Shown here in pieces: positions 29,021 through 40,153 of a stretch of DNA of 64,000 nucleotides. How positions within the stretch are numbered: position 1 is the stretch's first letter; every line of letters begins with the position of its first letter. Origin of the DNA: an uncultured virus (IMG/VR IMGVR_UViG_3300027892_000017) (lineage: Duplodnaviria > Heunggongvirae > Uroviricota > Caudoviricetes); IMG/VR virus record IMGVR_UViG_3300027892_000017, positions 1-64,000 of that record; one strand, given 5' to 3'. A program made the translations under genes and the position numbers. Under the pieces are notes generated by a model that saw only the letters and a list, made by a program, of their open reading frames with translations, searched no databases and was not told the origin of the DNA.

Positions 29021-31171
29021 TTAACCTGGGTAACTGTGCATTGTGTACCAATGATTGGCTCCACTGTTACCAGCGGTGTCTCTATATGCAGTCGTATTAA
29101 TGTGCCCTTGAATTGAGTGATAGCCATCAGTACCGTCAAACCCTGCTAGCATATACCCACCAGTGTCAGTTATAAACATTGAACCGTCATAGCCAGAGTG
29201 ACCGAAACCGTATACACCACTAATTGTTGTGCCTGGTGGTAGCAATGCTCTGCGCCAGTAGTTATTAGATCCGTTGTCTTCTGTTTCAGTGTTCCACGGA
29301 CTATCATCGCCGGCACTTCCCCACGCTAAACTGCCATAGCCATTATCTCCCATGCCCCAAACTTCACCGTCATCAGTTACAACTAAAAATGTGGTTGCTC
29401 CAGTGTTGCCGCAGTGTGTTGGCGTTGCATCTTTAACATAACGAACTCCACGAACTGCTGTTGGCATCATTGTATACCCTGAGCCGCTATAACGATGATT
29501 TGCTGAACTTCCTAAATGACCAAACTCGTTGGCGCCCCAAATGTAGGTTAATCCAGTGCCTTTTTCTCTAATGATAATGTTCCAGTCATCAGATCCAACA
29601 ACCCAGAAGTTTTCAATACTGTGCTCGCTATACCAGTTTTTATCCATACGGGTAAATTTAGCACTACGTTCACTGGTGGTATAGTTGGACATGTTGTACA
29701 GTCTGTTTTGTCCGTTGTTAACGTACTCGCCTGAAGTCCACAAGTAGCCGTTACCGTCTAAGATAAATGCCCACTGATATGTACCAGCTTGTTGTCCGCC
29801 CATGAGAATTTTCTTAATACCGCCGTGCTTGCTCCAATCAATGCCAATACGCACTGGAGTGTACTGTCTATTCAAAGCACTGGCCACTACGCTGGCATGA
29901 CGATCTGCAAGTCCTAATGCGCCGCGCATATCAACTCCCCACCCCCATAAATAACCGTCTTCGTCTACTGCAAAGTTCCAAGCATAGTTTCCGCCGCGTG
30001 AATATATGTCAACAATTTTCTTATGATCAAAGAAACTTTGTGGAATACGTTGTGGTTGTGTTTGGTTAGTTTCTCCAGTACCAATACTGTTGGTTGCTGC
30101 TTGGTTAGGACCTAATCCTAATTGTCCATATGCATTATAACCCCATGCCCAAAGACTTCCGTCATCGCCCAATGCAAAGCATGAGTTAGCATCAGTATCA
30201 TACAAACCTTGACTTGACTGTGCAGCTTTAATAATTTTTGTATCATTAAAACTTTTAGGAATTGTATTCCCCCACCAATCAGTTAAAGATGAGTTAGTAA
30301 CACGAACTGGCCAGTTGCGAGTTGTTGTGTCGCTGGTTGCAACACCCAATTGTCCTTGAGCATTATATCCAGAAGAATATAACTCTCCGTTGTTCATAAC
30401 CCACAAACTATTACCGTAGTTGTTGGTGCTGGAGCCATTGTGGACCCATTGGATAACTCTTGGACCAAGGCCGTCAGGTGTAGTAAATGTGCCGCTGCCG
30501 CCGTTATCTGTACTCAACAACCAGTCAACAAAACTAAAACACGGTGTTTTCCAACCTGAATGACCATATGTATTGACCATATTTTGACCAGTACCAGTGC
30601 CTTGCTGTAGATAACCGCCAATATAGCAGTTGCCTTGGTGGGATATAAATCCGTGGCACCAGCCAGCATTGCCACCTTGAAAGCCTACATCACCCATATT
30701 GCGTGTCCAACCCAATGGTTGTTGATTCATGAAATCTGCTGTTGTGTAGCGTTGGTCACGGTCAGCGCCTTCAAAAATCTTTGTCCAATACCTAGTGTCT
30801 AAGACGTAAGTATTTCTAATTCCGCCTAAGATACAAATATATAAATCTCCACCAAGCTCAACAATATCACCAGTGGTGTATGTGGTTCTTGGAGCCCATG
30901 TACGTCTAAATGACATACCAGGAGCCATATCTACCCAATAAGTTGTATCCGTAGGATCTATAGATCTAAACGTCAGTGTTGGTGGGATAGACTGATACAT
31001 GTTTGTGCTAACGCCAGTGTCTGCAACAATGATCTGTTCTGCTGGAAGATCTCTGATACAAACGTAACTAGATCCTCTCCACTGAACTACATCATTAGTC
31101 ACGTATTGAGTGCTTGGGCTCCAAATGCCCAACCATCTATTTCGTAATTTTGTAATATCTATAGAACTCAT
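29021..31171 (-). CDS. RCC1/BLIP-II beta-propeller virion protein (putative receptor-binding protein) 1
   Basis: Repeats DGSLWAWGYNAYGQLGLG, GELYSSGYNAQGQLG, GEVWGMGDNGYGSL; N-terminal W....Y...DVV...G..Y.C modules. Confidence 0.85.
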   Translation of the reverse strand: MSSIDITKLRNRWLGIWSPSTQYVTNDVVQWRGSSYVCIRDLPAEQIIVADTGVSTNMYQSIPPTLTFRSIDPTDTTYWVDMAPGMSFRRTWAPRTTYTTGDIVELGGDLYICILGGIRNTYVLDTRYWTKIFEGADRDQRYTTADFMNQQPLGWTRNMGDVGFQGGNAGWCHGFISHQGNCYIGGYLQQGTGTGQNMVNTYGHSGWKTPCFSFVDWLLSTDNGGSGTFTTPDGLGPRVIQWVHNGSSTNNYGNSLWVMNNGELYSSGYNAQGQLGVATSDTTTRNWPVRVTNSSLTDWWGNTIPKSFNDTKIIKAAQSSQGLYDTDANSCFALGDDGSLWAWGYNAYGQLGLGPNQAATNSIGTGETNQTQPQRIPQSFFDHKKIVDIYSRGGNYAWNFAVDEDGYLWGWGVDMRGALGLADRHASVVASALNRQYTPVRIGIDWSKHGGIKKILMGGQQAGTYQWAFILDGNGYLWTSGEYVNNGQNRLYNMSNYTTSERSAKFTRMDKNWYSEHSIENFWVVGSDDWNIIIREKGTGLTYIWGANEFGHLGSSANHRYSGSGYTMMPTAVRGVRYVKDATPTHCGNTGATTFLVVTDDGEVWGMGDNGYGSLAWGSAGDDSPWNTETEDNGSNNYWRRALLPPGTTISGVYGFGHSGYDGSMFITDTGGYMLAGFDGTDGYHSIQGHINTTAYRDTAGNSGANHWYTMHSYPG

Positions 31172-31184
31172 TTTATTGTCCTTA

Positions 31185-31613
31185 TTATGCTAAAATGCTT
31201 GTGCCAGGCAGACCTAATCCTTGTAGCATTGCGTCTTTCTCAGCTTCTGCTGCTGCCAATGTTGCAACAAATTCTGCATTTTCATTAGCTAATGCCAACG
31301 CAACGCTATACAATGTGTGGTTTGAAATTGCTTTCTTTTCAATCGCATCTATTTTGTTTGTCACTGTGATCAATTTGTTAACAACTGATTTAATTGCTGC
31401 AACATCTGCTTCTTTACTAAAATCATATGTCTTTGCTTCTGATGAGGGATCTGCATCAATTGTGACGTTTGACGTGTCAATACTAAAGTAATGTGTAACT
31501 CCGTCGGGTGTTCCCAATTGTACAACGTCATCAAGACGTGTGTTATCTTCTTTTACAAACTCGGGGTTTGTTACTTCTGCTTTTTCTACGAAACTAAAAA
31601 TTTTATATGTCAT
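31185..31613 (-). CDS. Small hypothetical protein within the RBP cluster (possible assembly chaperone)
   Basis: 142-aa ORF with SD (AGGAG) between RCC1 genes; function inferred from position only. Confidence 0.6.
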   Translation of the reverse strand: MTYKIFSFVEKAEVTNPEFVKEDNTRLDDVVQLGTPDGVTHYFSIDTSNVTIDADPSSEAKTYDFSKEADVAAIKSVVNKLITVTNKIDAIEKKAISNHTLYSVALALANENAEFVATLAAAEAEKDAMLQGLGLPGTSILA

Positions 31614-31630
31614 GTTAGACTCCTGTTAAA

Positions 31631-34033
31631 TTAATTTGAATATCCACGGGATATTTGCATTGGATATAGTATGTTACCTGGACTTTGCCAAGTATTTCTT
31701 TGATTACCCATCAAGAAACTGTTTTGCTCTTGATATACTCCAGCAAATCCGTTTCCATAAATTGTACCGTTATCACACAACCAATAGTTATTGGTTCCGT
31801 AATAGTTAGTAGTTGAATCTGCGTCGTGAATTATTGCGTCAATTACCTTTGTACCAGCTGGGATTGCCATTCTAAACCAATAGTAATTGGTACCGTCTTG
31901 TTGTGTCGAATTACTACCGTACTCGTTGCCATGTCTACTATAGTTACTGTAACCATTACACCATAGTTCACCTCTATCAGATATTGCAAAAGCTGTGATT
32001 CGATTGCTGTGCGAAGCTCGCAAAAATACCTTTTTCAAATTGGTAGCATTAGGAACTAGTACTGGGCTTGTTTGTGGGCTTGTTTGATTGCCAATACCTG
32101 AGAAATAATAAGCTGCGTTATAACCTGCAAAATATGTATTACCGTTAGTAGTGCGCATATAAATCATATTGTAATTATCACTTGATCCCGGAGAATCTGC
32201 CCAAAAGTTAACTGTAGTGCCAGCAGTTGGGGCCGTAACACTTCTTGCCAATGTAGTATTATTGGTTGTACTGGCATTTAATGCAGTCCCGTGTGCGTTA
32301 TAGCCGGCATGCCACATATATCCATTACCATCTAATACGTGGAACGACAGTGTACTTTGTCCGCTAGCAGCAAACTTCAATACGCCGCCAGCTGTCACTG
32401 GATTGAATGCTAAAATCTTTGTTGGTTTATAACGATCAGTAGAGTCGCCAATACCTAATTGACCGTACCCATTGTAACCCCATGAATAAAAGTTGTTGCT
32501 TTTTGTTCTAACGTAGCTAGAACCGTATTGCATACCAGTTGCTAGTATGTCAATAATTTCTTCACCACCAAAATATTCTCTTGGTATTCTACGTGGGCTG
32601 TAACCGTTGGTGGTTGTACCACGTCCCAATTGTCCGTAACCGTTATAACCCCAAGTCCATACATCACCTTCACTATCCAAAGCCATACAATGATGTGTTG
32701 AATTTTCCTTGCCTTTTGACATGGAGACTTTGATAATTTTTCGATCGTTCAAGTTCATAACACGTTGTGGTCTTGTACTACCCGATGTAAATCCGTTACC
32801 TCTGTTACCTTGGCCGTTGTAACCAATGCCCCATAATTCTCCGTTGTCAAACAAGAAAAATGTAGAGTCATGATTTTGTTCAATTTGAATACACTTTGGC
32901 GGTTCTCCTGAACGGTTGTACAGTCTATTATATCCGTTTGCTGGATTAAAGTCTGCTTCCATACGTGGTCCTGTACCGCCGTCGCTGTTGACTGCGTCCA
33001 GTGACTTGTACCAGTCATACCACTGAAAGTTCACTTCTGTGAAGTAGCTGATGAAGCCGCCTTGACTTGTATAATATCCGTTGTTGTTACTGGTTCCCAT
33101 GCCTAAGCCGTATACTCTTCCTGTTGAAGAAATATAAAATGTTTTTCTATATGCAGTTGCGGACAAGTCATCATTATGCAAATAAGGCCAGTTAATTGGT
33201 CCTTGATTTGGTAACCACATGGCGTTGTCTGATCTACGTTTAACTTGATTACCAGCTAGTAATCTCCATACGTGATTGTTACGTTGTGTACTTTGTTGTC
33301 CAGTCCAATCAATAAATGCTGCTCGATTGTTTTGTACTGTATCAGGAATTTCTCCACTGCTGTCAGCATCTGCAATGTACATTGATCCGTCCCATACAAC
33401 TACATCGTTTCTGTAATATTGTGTGGAGTTAGACCATACACCAGCAAATTTCATGCCGCTGCTGATTTCTTCCCAATATTGCCAACCTTGCCAAATAGGA
33501 GAGATTGTAATGGTAGCAGTATCAGCTATGCCTGCTGTGCCATCTTGTTTATAGTATAGTGTGTTTGGAGCATCAATTGGCACTGTAATTTCAACGTATG
33601 CACCGTTTTGTCCAGGTGTTCCACTAGTTGTTACTCCAGTGGTATAAGTTGTGCCGTCAAGACTAGTTGCAAATCTAAAGTTAACACTGGCCATTGTTGT
33701 TGCACTAACATAAAATCGATATTTATGACCTTTTTGTAGTGCAATGCTAGGATTTAATCTGCCATTTAAAAAGAACTTACCACCCGACTTTATCACATGA
33801 TAAATTACTGTTGGCTGTTGCGGATCAAAAATTGCTCCGTAAGCACTTTGTCTAAGTCTTTTTGCTGGTGCTAGACGATTAAGTCCTTCACCTGAAATTG
33901 ACGCTGCATGTGTTTGCTTGCAAATCCATACAGACCCGTTACTATAAACAACGTCGTCCCTTTCATATGCTGTGCCAGAAGCCCAAGCTCCGCGCCACAA
34001 CAGTTTAATTTTTCCAAGATCTAATATTGCCAT
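31631..34033 (-). CDS. RCC1/BLIP-II beta-propeller virion protein 2
   Basis: GDVWTWGYNGYGQLGRG, FYSWGYNGYGQLGIG; N-terminal WRGAW...Y...DVV modules. Confidence 0.85.
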   Translation of the reverse strand: MAILDLGKIKLLWRGAWASGTAYERDDVVYSNGSVWICKQTHAASISGEGLNRLAPAKRLRQSAYGAIFDPQQPTVIYHVIKSGGKFFLNGRLNPSIALQKGHKYRFYVSATTMASVNFRFATSLDGTTYTTGVTTSGTPGQNGAYVEITVPIDAPNTLYYKQDGTAGIADTATITISPIWQGWQYWEEISSGMKFAGVWSNSTQYYRNDVVVWDGSMYIADADSSGEIPDTVQNNRAAFIDWTGQQSTQRNNHVWRLLAGNQVKRRSDNAMWLPNQGPINWPYLHNDDLSATAYRKTFYISSTGRVYGLGMGTSNNNGYYTSQGGFISYFTEVNFQWYDWYKSLDAVNSDGGTGPRMEADFNPANGYNRLYNRSGEPPKCIQIEQNHDSTFFLFDNGELWGIGYNGQGNRGNGFTSGSTRPQRVMNLNDRKIIKVSMSKGKENSTHHCMALDSEGDVWTWGYNGYGQLGRGTTTNGYSPRRIPREYFGGEEIIDILATGMQYGSSYVRTKSNNFYSWGYNGYGQLGIGDSTDRYKPTKILAFNPVTAGGVLKFAASGQSTLSFHVLDGNGYMWHAGYNAHGTALNASTTNNTTLARSVTAPTAGTTVNFWADSPGSSDNYNMIYMRTTNGNTYFAGYNAAYYFSGIGNQTSPQTSPVLVPNATNLKKVFLRASHSNRITAFAISDRGELWCNGYSNYSRHGNEYGSNSTQQDGTNYYWFRMAIPAGTKVIDAIIHDADSTTNYYGTNNYWLCDNGTIYGNGFAGVYQEQNSFLMGNQRNTWQSPGNILYPMQISRGYSN

Positions 34034-34045
34034 TTTATTTTCCTT

Positions 34046-36151
34046 TTAACTTGTGATGACCGGGTGCATCAAATTGTGGTGGTGACCATACACGTTACCA
34101 GTTATGCTTAGTGAACTGTTATAACCAGACTGATAAACACGACCACTTCTATCTATCCAAGTGCCTCGAGTGTACGTAGTTGATGATCCATCACTGTAAC
34201 CCTGTAATTGTACGTCTGCTACTTGACCCATTAATGCAGGTGGCATCTTAACCATTTGGAACGCTCTTGATCCCATACCTTCTCTACCATTTCCGTCAAG
34301 TGTTGAATAGTGATATGTGCCTGACCAACCTAAACTTAGTACACCATGACTATTTTTTCCAGCTGCAAAACTTAGACCATTTTCAGTTACTACAATAACG
34401 TTTGTGTTAACGCCAGTATTTTGACTACCCATTGCTGTTAATTTTATAACGCCTGTTAATGCCGAATCAACGCCGCCAATATTTTTAAAACACTCTTGTG
34501 CTGTACTATATTGTGTCACGCTGGTTGACAACGTGCCCATTTGGCTAGCATTGTTTGCTCCAGCTGCCCATAATTTTTTACTTGCAATGTCTGTAACATA
34601 CATTGTAGGATATTGGCCTGAAACTAACCACACATCATTAGCAGTTCCACTTGATCCTGGTCCAGATGTTACTTGTGTAAACGAGTTCTGTTGGCTCGTG
34701 TTGTTCAACATAAATGCACCGCTTGCATTATAACCCGCTACGTAAATATTTCCCTTGCTGGTTAAAATTGCTGTGCTACTAAACGGAGTGCTTGAGTATG
34801 TGTCACAAGTCACAAGTTTTCTAATTGTGCCTACTCCAGCTTCTGTCCAAACCTGTGTGGTAACTTCAGCTGGAATACTTCGATTAGTGGTATTACCTAA
34901 ACCCAATGATCCGTAGCCGTTATATCCCCAAGCAAAAAATGTATTTTGATCCGTTAGTGCAAAACAATATCCATACTCACCGCCAGCAGCCCAAATAGCT
35001 GTAACTTTTTGCGGGCTTACTAGACCAAAGAACGCTCTACTAATTAGTGTAGGAATATTACGGTTGGTTGTCGAGTTATCACCTAACTGTCCATAACCAT
35101 TATAGCCCCAAGTCCATACTTGGCCGTCTTCATCCAATGCCATGCAATGATGTGTCGTTGCGCCTCGTTCGCCGCCAGAGCAGCTAATTCTCTTAATACG
35201 AACGTTTCTAAACAAGTGTGTAGATGTGTTTAATGCTACTGCTGTTTCAGTGTATGTGCCACCAACTCGGGCAACGTTTCTATTACTGTTGCTTCGATCA
35301 CCTGATTCACCAGAAGTGCCTTGGCCTCCATGATAAACTTCACCATTGTTGAACAATATGCACCACCAATCCCATCCTGTTTCAACTTGAACTATGCGAG
35401 GGATTTTATTATCTGGTGTAGAGTGTACACCAGCGCCGCCATTACTTGTAGAACGGAACCAGTCATTAAAGTAAAAACTAAATGTTTCAGAATGTGGGCC
35501 AACATTCAAATTGTTTGGTTGGCAGCTGTTAGTATTCAGTCCCCATGTACGCCACTGACCGTTTTGTGTGATAAACCCACTGCGATCATACATCATTCCT
35601 TGGCATTTGTTATTACCTTTTGCGTAAGGAGTTTCTGTTTCACCTATACGACCATAGTTGGCAAATGCAATGCCCTTGTCTGTACTTTGGCCTTGTACAC
35701 CCCAAGATTCAGTGATGTTGTTGTTAACTAAGCTAACAGTACCGTCATTGTAAGAGTTTAAACTTACTGCAACCCAATATGTAGCAGCAATTGGTAAGAA
35801 TGTAGATGTACTATTACTAGTGTGCGCCAAAATACATCTGTAAACGTGAGTTGCGGTTCTAGTAAACGTACCAGCGTTTGTTGTACCAGTAGTAAATGAA
35901 GTTGTGTATTTTACAATATCACCAACTGCGTATGCTGTAGCGGCGTTGTTGTGAGTGCCTCTCCAGTTGAATGCTGCTTGCCATTCTGTAAATTTGGTCA
36001 CATCTGTTGGCAGTGTTCCCGCAGTTGTAGTTGCTGTACACAGGTACCATTTACCGTTGTACAACACCACATCGTCTGCATAGTATACAGCACTTATGCT
36101 GTATACACCTTGTTTAACGAATCTTGTTGTTCCTAAAGCTGTTGTTGTCAT
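34046..36151 (-). CDS. RCC1/BLIP-II beta-propeller virion protein 3
   Basis: GQVWTWGYNGYGQLGD, FFAWGYNGYGSLGLG. Confidence 0.85.
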   Translation of the reverse strand: MTTTALGTTRFVKQGVYSISAVYYADDVVLYNGKWYLCTATTTAGTLPTDVTKFTEWQAAFNWRGTHNNAATAYAVGDIVKYTTSFTTGTTNAGTFTRTATHVYRCILAHTSNSTSTFLPIAATYWVAVSLNSYNDGTVSLVNNNITESWGVQGQSTDKGIAFANYGRIGETETPYAKGNNKCQGMMYDRSGFITQNGQWRTWGLNTNSCQPNNLNVGPHSETFSFYFNDWFRSTSNGGAGVHSTPDNKIPRIVQVETGWDWWCILFNNGEVYHGGQGTSGESGDRSNSNRNVARVGGTYTETAVALNTSTHLFRNVRIKRISCSGGERGATTHHCMALDEDGQVWTWGYNGYGQLGDNSTTNRNIPTLISRAFFGLVSPQKVTAIWAAGGEYGYCFALTDQNTFFAWGYNGYGSLGLGNTTNRSIPAEVTTQVWTEAGVGTIRKLVTCDTYSSTPFSSTAILTSKGNIYVAGYNASGAFMLNNTSQQNSFTQVTSGPGSSGTANDVWLVSGQYPTMYVTDIASKKLWAAGANNASQMGTLSTSVTQYSTAQECFKNIGGVDSALTGVIKLTAMGSQNTGVNTNVIVVTENGLSFAAGKNSHGVLSLGWSGTYHYSTLDGNGREGMGSRAFQMVKMPPALMGQVADVQLQGYSDGSSTTYTRGTWIDRSGRVYQSGYNSSLSITGNVYGHHHNLMHPVITS

Positions 36152-36167
36152 ATCGAGTCCTTAATTC

Positions 36168-39100
36168 TTACATTGTAATTATCAAATGCCCTGAAGCATT
36201 GATAGAAAAACTGGATCTTACTTGACCAATATACGCTTGATCTCTAATAGTGTTAGAATCAATAGTGTGTGTCACAGTATTTGCTGAGTCTGCGTGTTCT
36301 TCATCATAAGAAATTCTACCAGTTCTTACTGTAAAATTCAGATTTTGAATTGTTGGAGCGTATGTATAATCAGTGTAAGTCTTGTTTGTTAAGTGTGTAC
36401 CAAGTGTTGGTGCAATACTTGTTCTTGGAATTCTGTTAAACAATATTCCAGCTGTTGGATCAATAGTTGTTAGGATTAGATCTAACGCACCAGTGGCAGT
36501 AATTACATTACTGTCTAAAGTCATACCACCAACAGTAATTGAGTTAGCAACCAAGTTTGATCCGCCAGCTCCAATAATATTTTCAACGAATGTTTTAACA
36601 GCTCGTTGAGTTGGAACAATTGCATCACTTGCTGCGGTCATTAGTGTGTCTGCACTAAATTCTCTAATGCTTACGCCGCTGCCGCCTAAGGCCACCGAAC
36701 CCAATTGCAATTCGTTCAAACCACTCAAGTTGAACGCATCAGCGTTCAATGTAGCAATACCAGTTGCTTGTTCTACTCGGAACAGCTCACCAACTCTAAA
36801 GTTGCCATCTTGGTCAGTACTGGTATAGAACACACGCCCACCGCCATATTCAACAACTTCGTTTGCTTGATTTGGTAATTGACTTGGGGTATCTGGATAG
36901 TTGGTTGTTGTAAGTCCGCCAGTACCGATGTTCAAGAAGTCATGTCCAGTTAAACGAACGTTTGAATAACGTTCTGTAAATGTAACAACTGCCCCTTGAG
37001 CTGGCGCTGTACTAATAAACGGACTAATACGAATTGTACCAGAAATATTAGGTGTTGTGCCGCTTTGGTCTTGGAATGCCACAATTCTAAATGTAGTAGT
37101 TTGACCGGCAATTGTAAGGTTACTACCTGCTTTAGGTGCTGCTACTAATCCATTTACTTTTAAGAATCCGCCAGTTTGTAAAATGTCTGCATAACCATCA
37201 CCAGTTATTGTTGCGCTGGCAGTAGTGTATGAAGTTCCTCTGTTAGTATATGTAAATCTTGTAATTGCACCGTTTTTAACTACAACAGTTGCAACTGCTA
37301 GTACACTAGCATTTGGATCTGTAATAACAATTGCTGGTAAGTTACTTGCATTATAACCTGAACCGCCGTCTAAAATGTGGATAGCTGTGATACTTCCAGC
37401 TTCAACAACTGCACGTAATTTAGCTTCAACTGCTGGAGCAGTTCCGCCTGATAAACGTACACGTGGTTCAATTCTGTAGCGTGTTGTTTCATTTAACACT
37501 GTTTCAATTGCAGTACCAGAGATCAAGTGATCCCAACCAGATGATCCAGTTTCAGTAGTAACAGTTGCAACTTTGGTACCGCCGTTGAATGCGCTAATAA
37601 TACCGGTTTGTCCAACACCAGTGCCGTCAATAAGAGTAATTCTCATGCCGTTATATGCGTTAGTTGCAGTTTGGTCTGTTAAACCTAGTGTAATACTTGT
37701 AGTTGTACCAGTTTGTGCATTGTTTAATGCAAACTTATGGTCTAAACCTTGATTGCTTATATCAATTCTTGAAACTGCTCCACTAGCATACTGCGCTGTA
37801 ATATTTGCTCCAGCGCCGTTGCCAGCAATAACAACTGATGAACTTGTATACGCTTCACCGCCGTTTAGTATTTCAAGTTGAATAACTTGACTGCCGCCAG
37901 CTAGTACTGCGCCTACTAGTGCTTCATTGTTTTGATTGTTGACAGTTCCTGTTGCTGGAGTTTCTGTTGGATCTCCGTCTTCAGAAACAGCACCGTATGT
38001 ACCGTATGAGTTATTACCGTTAACACCGCGAATTGTTCCGCCGTTTGTTGTCAAATAACCCATGTAGCAGAAATATGTAAACACTGAAACAAGTTCTGCT
38101 TTGGCCTTACCATTTAACCATACGCCAATACCAAGATCAATAATCTGCGTAAAGTCGTTTGCTACCATGGATTTGTTACCGCCGTTGTGTAACGTTCCAT
38201 CAATTTTTAATCCGCATACTCCTGTACCAAATGTTGAACAGTTTTGGATATATGGAGACTTAGAAGTAATCCAAACATTAGTATCGCTTGGGCCTGTTCC
38301 AGGATCTAAACTAACAAATGAACTTTGTGTGCGTTGTGTTCCGCTTGCACCAGCCGCTGCTAATGTGTTAACCAAGCCACTCATTGTAATGTTGCGTAAG
38401 TTAGAGCCGTTTCTCATGTAGAACATGTTTTTGGCTGCATCACCACTTTGTGGTGTAACAATTACTGTACGTAATTCATCACCAACTAATGAAACGTTAG
38501 CTGGAACTACAATTGGAAGTGCTTCGGCATAAGTGCCAGTTTTAACACTAATAGTTGCTGTACCTGTTACGTTAGCACAAGCATATGCAATAGTTGCCCA
38601 AGGACGATCAATTGTTGTACCAAATCCAGCGGCATCAGTACCGCCTGGTGCTACATAATAAACCTTTGTTCTTGCACCAAATGTGGCCCATACTGGATCT
38701 GTTCCGTCTGAACGTAATACTTGTCCCGCTGTTCCAACTGGAAGATTGTAATTTGCACTTGCGCCGCGAGCAATTAAATCGCCACGGTTTAGTGTTACGG
38801 CGGCGCTGTCGCCTTCTGATAACAAGCCGTAGTTTGTTCCGCCAATGTCCAAGTCTGGACGTAATGCACCAGTGTTGCCTGAAGTGTGTGATACTTTAAC
38901 ACGATAGCTGCTGCTGCCGTAATTAACAACATCACCAATTCTATATGATTGAGCCGTTGCCCAGTTACCAATAAAGTTTAGACCTTGTACAATTAGTCTC
39001 CAAAAGCCAGTATTGGTTGCCACTGTGTTGCTGTTATCAACAATTGCTTCGTAAGTATTTCCACCAAACTGTATTACATCACCAACTTTATAACTAGTTA

Positions 39101-39758
39101 CTGAGTTCCAAGTGCCTTGGTTTCTGTACCCAGTTGTCAATAATTCCCAGTATGCTGTTGCTGTAGAAGGAGTTTGGCCACTGTGATTCTGTTGTGACAC
39201 ATAAGCGTAACCACCATATGTTACAATATCACCAGTTTGATATGTAGTAGAATTACTCCATGCGTCTTCAAACTCAAGACCTGGTACAAATAAACTAAAC
39301 TTGGTGGCATCAAACGATGCTGAACTTGTGTGGCTAGTGGTACATAAGTAAACGTTTGCGCCATATTTGACCAAGTCGTTTAACTTGTAAAGTACGCTAC
39401 TGCCGCTCCAAACACCTTTATAATCAAAACCTTGTACTATTACTGAAAACTTAGCTGGTTCAAATGTTGATATACTAGTATGCGCTGTTGTAACAATATA
39501 CGCAATACCACCGTATACAACAATGTCGTTGTTTTCATAAATTGTTGCTGGAGCCCATGCTGCTCTGTAAAGAATACCTTCTTGCATTCTTTCCCAATTT
39601 GCGGCGTCAGTGCTGAAAGCGCCGCTGGATTGATGCCCAGTAACGCAAACATACGAACTACCGCCTACACGTACAACGTCGTCTTTGACATAGTCGTAAC
39701 CAATTGTCCAGACACCGCGCCATACAAATCTTAATCTACCAATTTTAAATTCAGCCAT
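36168..39758 (-). CDS. Large virion protein with ~6 CBM5/12-like W...Y..GD.V.YGG repeats and a beta-helix-like region
   Basis: Repeats W.....Y...D.V.YG...Y; YYVAP.GTD...G....PWATI..A; SLVGDELR; SPYIQNCS; RLTGHDFLNIGTG. Confidence 0.8.
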   Translation of the reverse strand: MAEFKIGRLRFVWRGVWTIGYDYVKDDVVRVGGSSYVCVTGHQSSGAFSTDAANWERMQEGILYRAAWAPATIYENNDIVVYGGIAYIVTTAHTSISTFEPAKFSVIVQGFDYKGVWSGSSVLYKLNDLVKYGANVYLCTTSHTSSASFDATKFSLFVPGLEFEDAWSNSTTYQTGDIVTYGGYAYVSQQNHSGQTPSTATAYWELLTTGYRNQGTWNSVTSYKVGDVIQFGGNTYEAIVDNSNTVATNTGFWRLIVQGLNFIGNWATAQSYRIGDVVNYGSSSYRVKVSHTSGNTGALRPDLDIGGTNYGLLSEGDSAAVTLNRGDLIARGASANYNLPVGTAGQVLRSDGTDPVWATFGARTKVYYVAPGGTDAAGFGTTIDRPWATIAYACANVTGTATISVKTGTYAEALPIVVPANVSLVGDELRTVIVTPQSGDAAKNMFYMRNGSNLRNITMSGLVNTLAAAGASGTQRTQSSFVSLDPGTGPSDTNVWITSKSPYIQNCSTFGTGVCGLKIDGTLHNGGNKSMVANDFTQIIDLGIGVWLNGKAKAELVSVFTYFCYMGYLTTNGGTIRGVNGNNSYGTYGAVSEDGDPTETPATGTVNNQNNEALVGAVLAGGSQVIQLEILNGGEAYTSSSVVIAGNGAGANITAQYASGAVSRIDISNQGLDHKFALNNAQTGTTTSITLGLTDQTATNAYNGMRITLIDGTGVGQTGIISAFNGGTKVATVTTETGSSGWDHLISGTAIETVLNETTRYRIEPRVRLSGGTAPAVEAKLRAVVEAGSITAIHILDGGSGYNASNLPAIVITDPNASVLAVATVVVKNGAITRFTYTNRGTSYTTASATITGDGYADILQTGGFLKVNGLVAAPKAGSNLTIAGQTTTFRIVAFQDQSGTTPNISGTIRISPFISTAPAQGAVVTFTERYSNVRLTGHDFLNIGTGGLTTTNYPDTPSQLPNQANEVVEYGGGRVFYTSTDQDGNFRVGELFRVEQATGIATLNADAFNLSGLNELQLGSVALGGSGVSIREFSADTLMTAASDAIVPTQRAVKTFVENIIGAGGSNLVANSITVGGMTLDSNVITATGALDLILTTIDPTAGILFNRIPRTSIAPTLGTHLTNKTYTDYTYAPTIQNLNFTVRTGRISYDEEHADSANTVTHTIDSNTIRDQAYIGQVRSSFSINASGHLIITM

Positions 39759-39791
39759 TTTTGAATTTCCTCTACTATTTTTTATTTATCT

Positions 39792-40142
39792 TTATACATC
39801 AGCTGGGTATATGCGATCCTCGCCTACCAGCACTGCTAAATTACCATCTTCGTCAATGTAATAACTTAAAAGTCTATCATCCCAGCGATACTGTTCGTAT
39901 TTGAGATTTGCATACACTAATTCGTGATTAACTGCACGTCCATTTAAAAAATCCAAACCCACTGCAAACTTTTCGTAACTTTCGTTCGAGTCACCTGGGT
40001 TATTAATTACAACTGCTTCTCCATTTAATTGATCGATGCGATCAATATAAACATCGCCAGCATCACTTCTACGTAGTCCGTAAAAGTATCTTGGTTTACC
40101 TTGTAGTAGGTCTGCTGCACTATTACCTAAAAAATATGTCAT
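39792..40142 (-). CDS. Hypothetical virion protein
   Basis: 116-aa ORF in late structural cluster. Confidence 0.65.
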   Translation of the reverse strand: MTYFLGNSAADLLQGKPRYFYGLRRSDAGDVYIDRIDQLNGEAVVINNPGDSNESYEKFAVGLDFLNGRAVNHELVYANLKYEQYRWDDRLLSYYIDEDGNLAVLVGEDRIYPADV

Positions 40143-40153
40143 AATCTAGTACC

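Noticed and set aside
29021..36151. Diversity-generating retroelement acting on the RCC1 genes
   Set aside because: No reverse transcriptase and no near-identical repeat pair differing at adenines seen in this window.
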